64,000 nucleotides of DNA. It comes from Raja brachyura (Eukaryota). The first letter of the stretch is position 1, and every line of letters starts with the position of its first letter. The notes under the pieces were generated by a model. That model saw nothing but the letters and a program-made list of their open reading frames with translations, had not been told where the DNA came from and searched no databases. Made by a program: the position numbers and the translations under genes. The DNA lies in assembly GCA_963514005.1 (NCBI GenBank), contig OY740793.1, positions 15,748,001 to 15,812,000 on the forward strand, in the 5' to 3' direction. Of this stretch, positions 60,826 to 64,000 are shown piece after piece.

Positions 60826-62061
60826 CTACATGTCCCACCTACAGTACACCAGTCCACCCTGCCTGCGTTTGACCCATATCCCTCTAAACCTAGCCTATTC
60901 ATGTACCTGTCTAAATGTTTCTTAAACGTTGCGATAGTACCTGCCTCCAGCAGCTTGTTCCATACACCCATCACCCTTTGTGTGAAAAAGTTACACCTCA
61001 GGTTCCTTTTAAATCTTCCCCCTATCACCTTAAATCTATGTCCTCTGGTTCTCCATTCTTTGATATGCTTTCACTTTGATGTGTTGACAAAATTCATCCC
61101 TTTAGTCAGTTAGCAAAGCGAAGTGATGTTTTAGCCATTTGAGCCCACAATTCAGACCAGCATTCCTGTGCAGTACGGACAAAGTGCACCAATATCAAAG
61201 GATCCATATTTAGAATACAATTTTAAACTGAGGACGCATCTGGGATTTTGAGTGAGTGTAAAATCCTGCTGTATTTGAAGAATAATTCTCACTGTGCCAG
61301 GGTTAATGTTTAATCCTATATCCCCATCACCATAAATAAATCCACGATCCATTCATTTCTGAGTGCTTGTTACATGCCAAATGCTTGGCACTTAAATTAT
61401 ATGCCAAGACCGAATACATTTAGAAACAGTTCTTTGCTGGATGTAAACCAATTTGCTATATCCTGAGGTCATAAAAGACATTGGGCTAGAAATTCCTACT
61501 GTGTGCTGCATTTTTTTAGACTTTTTTTAATACGTTATACTCTTCCGGAAGTCTGATCCAGAATATGGGAATGTCTGACGGACATGGAGGCTGCCAGGCC
61601 TGCAGAACGGCACCAAAGAACATGCAGCTCATATTTTAACCTCTTTTAAACAAAATTATTTTAGACATTCAAGGCCTCTGAATATTGAATGCTGACACTA
61701 AAGCAGATACGAACTGGCGCGGCTTGTTTTGGTCTTAATTAAGAGGGACCAAACTTACATCTTCCACCATAAAAAAGACACAGCGTGCTGGAGTAACGCT
61801 ACAGATCAGGCAGCATCTCTGGAGAACATGGATAGATGACGTTTCGAGTCAGGACCCTTTCATGGATCCTATCCATGTACTCCAGAGAAGCTTCCTGACC
61901 CGCTGAGTTACTTCAGCAATTTGCTTCATTAGTTTGACTCTTTTATTGTAAACCAGTATCTGTAGTTCCTTGTGCAGCCTCTTCTACCACCCTCGAATAC
62001 CTGCATCTGTTGACGTGCAGGCAGGTCCTCCCTTTGAGCACATTTCTCACCTCCTGCTTCA

Positions 62062-62345
62062 CTTAGTTTAATTTAGTTTAGTTTAGAGATGCAATGTGGA
62101 AAACACAGCGATCCCCATACATTAACACTATCTTACACACACTAGGGGCAATTTACAATTATACAAAGCCAATTAGCCTCCAAAGCTGTACGTCTTTGTA
62201 GTGTGGGAGAAAACTGGAGCTCCTGGGGAAAACCCACGCAGGTCACAGCGTGAATGTACAAACTCCGTACAGACAGCACCGTAGTCAGGATCGAACCCAG
62301 GTCTCTGGTGCTGTAAGACAGCAACTCAACTACTGTGCCACCGTG
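62062..62345 (-). mobile_element. V-SINE
   Basis: (TTTAG)n tail, V-core, box B. Confidence 0.78.
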
Positions 62346-62679
62346 CTTCCCACATGATAACATTCAGGCTATTACATATATATCCTACCTCACCCTGGAC
62401 CCTTGCTTACTTTGATGTCTTTCATGTTCCACATCCTTGGACATTGACCCTGTCCACCACCACCCGCCAATCTCCGACCCTTCTTCCCCAATTGCAACCT
62501 CCCTAACTTTGATCAGTCCCTAACTGATCTGCCTGAACAAGTGTCCTGAAACATTGCCTTCTGGAGTATGTTCTCCAGAGTTGCTGGCTGACCCACTGAG
62601 ATGCTCTAGCATTTGGTGTCTTTCTGTGATGACGGAAAGTTGTTTTTCAGATTGGAGACACATATTAATGGTGTGCGTC

Positions 62680-63975
62680 CGACAAATGTAGGTCCCCTAC
62701 AATCAGAGACAGATGAATTTATAATGGGAAACGAGGTAATCGTAGAACAGTTAAACGAGTACTTTGATTCTGTCCTCACTAAGGAGGACAAACAATCTCC
62801 CAGAAATACTAGGGAACCAAGGATCTAGGGGGAGGGAGGAACATTAGTCACAAAATGGTGTTAGGTAAACTGTTGGGACGGAAGGCAGATAAATCCCCAG
62901 GGCCCGATGGTCTGCTTCCCAGACCATTCAAGGAGGTGGCCCTAGAAATAATGGATGAGCCTCCCAGACTAGTCAAGGAGGTGACCGTGCAAATCGTGGA
63001 TGCATTGGTGATCATTTTCCAATGTTCCCTCGACTCTGGATCAGTTCCTGTGGACGGGTGGCTAGCCAATGTAACTCCACTTTTTAAGAAAGGTGGGAGA
63101 GAGAAAACGGGGAATTATAGACCAGTTAGCCTTACATCGGTAGTGGGGAAGAAGCTGAGTCGATTATTAAAGATGTTATAGCAGCGCATTTGGAAAGTAG
63201 TGACAGGATCAGTCAAAGTCAGCATAGATTTATGAAGGGGGAAATCATGCTTGACTAATTTTCTGGAGTTTTTTGAGGATGTAACAAGTAGAATGGATAA
63301 AGGAGAGCCAGTGTGTATCTGGACTTTCAAAAATCCTTTGATAAGGTCCCACACAAGAGATTAGTGTGCAAAATTAGAGCACATGGTATTTGGGGTAGGT
63401 TATTGACATGGATAGAGAACTGTTTGGCAGACAGGAAGCAAAGAGTAGGAATTAACGGGTCCTTTTCAGAATGGCAGGCAGTAGCTTGTGGGGTGTTCGG
63501 TGCTGGGACCCCCGTTGTTTACAATATATATTAATGATTTTGACGAGCGAATTAAATGTGACATCTCCATGTTTGCGGATGACACTAAGGTGGGTGGCAG
63601 TGTGAGCTGTCATGAGGATGCTATGAGGCTGCAGAGTGACTTGGATAGGTTGGGTGAGTGGGCAGATGTATGGCAGATGCAGTATAATGTGGATAAATAT
63701 GAGGTTATCCACTTTGGTGTCAAGAACAGGAAGGCAGATTATTATCTGAATTATGTCAGATTAGAAAAAGAGGAGGTGCAACGAGAACTGGGTGTGCTTG
63801 CACATCAGTCACTGAAAGTAAGCATGCAAGTACAGCAGGCAGTGAAGAAAGCTAATGGTATATTGGTCTTCATTGCGAGAGGATTTGAGTTCAGGAACAA
63901 GGAGGTCCTACTACAGTTGTACAGGGCCCTGGTGAGACCGCACCTGGAGTATTGTGTGCAATTTTGGTCTCCTAA
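62680..63975 (+). mobile_element. CR1 LINE internal fragment, decayed
   Basis: [45 protein letters not shown] with frameshifts. Confidence 0.9.
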
Positions 63976-64000
63976 ATTACTGATAATTGGGATTTCAGAT

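Overview
Eukaryotic, repeat-rich vertebrate DNA, most likely an elasmobranch (skate/ray/shark), judged from HE1/V-SINE-type SINEs and HER1/CR1-type LINEs. Two host genes lie on the minus strand. MTMR8 is complete: 14 coding exons traced by hand with GT-AG sites and consistent phases, 41256->12542, ~641 aa, intact HCSDGWDRT motif, CpG-island promoter. The ankyrin-repeat exon of ASB12 lies at 1266->447, with its SOCS-box exon off-window. The remainder is a layered set of mobile elements: CR1 and Rex1/Babar LINE fragments, V-SINEs, a Tx1-like fragment, a Harbinger-type MITE, Penelope-like (GIY-YIG) elements and many hairpin derivatives with minimal hammerhead-ribozyme motifs. There are also two DIRS1-like tyrosine-recombinase retrotransposons (one near full length, one internally deleted), both with ITRs and an ICR. 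Most notable: (1) both DIRS copies carry a 21-codon ATG-initiated leader ending in a GTAAGT donor that would splice in frame onto a CAG acceptor at the start of the recombinase ORF, suggesting spliced expression of the integrase; (2) a ~220-bp palindromic element with hammerhead cores on both strands sits in a 16-bp target-site duplication. All identifications come from reading and recalled family motifs; no searches were run, and repeat boundaries are approximate.
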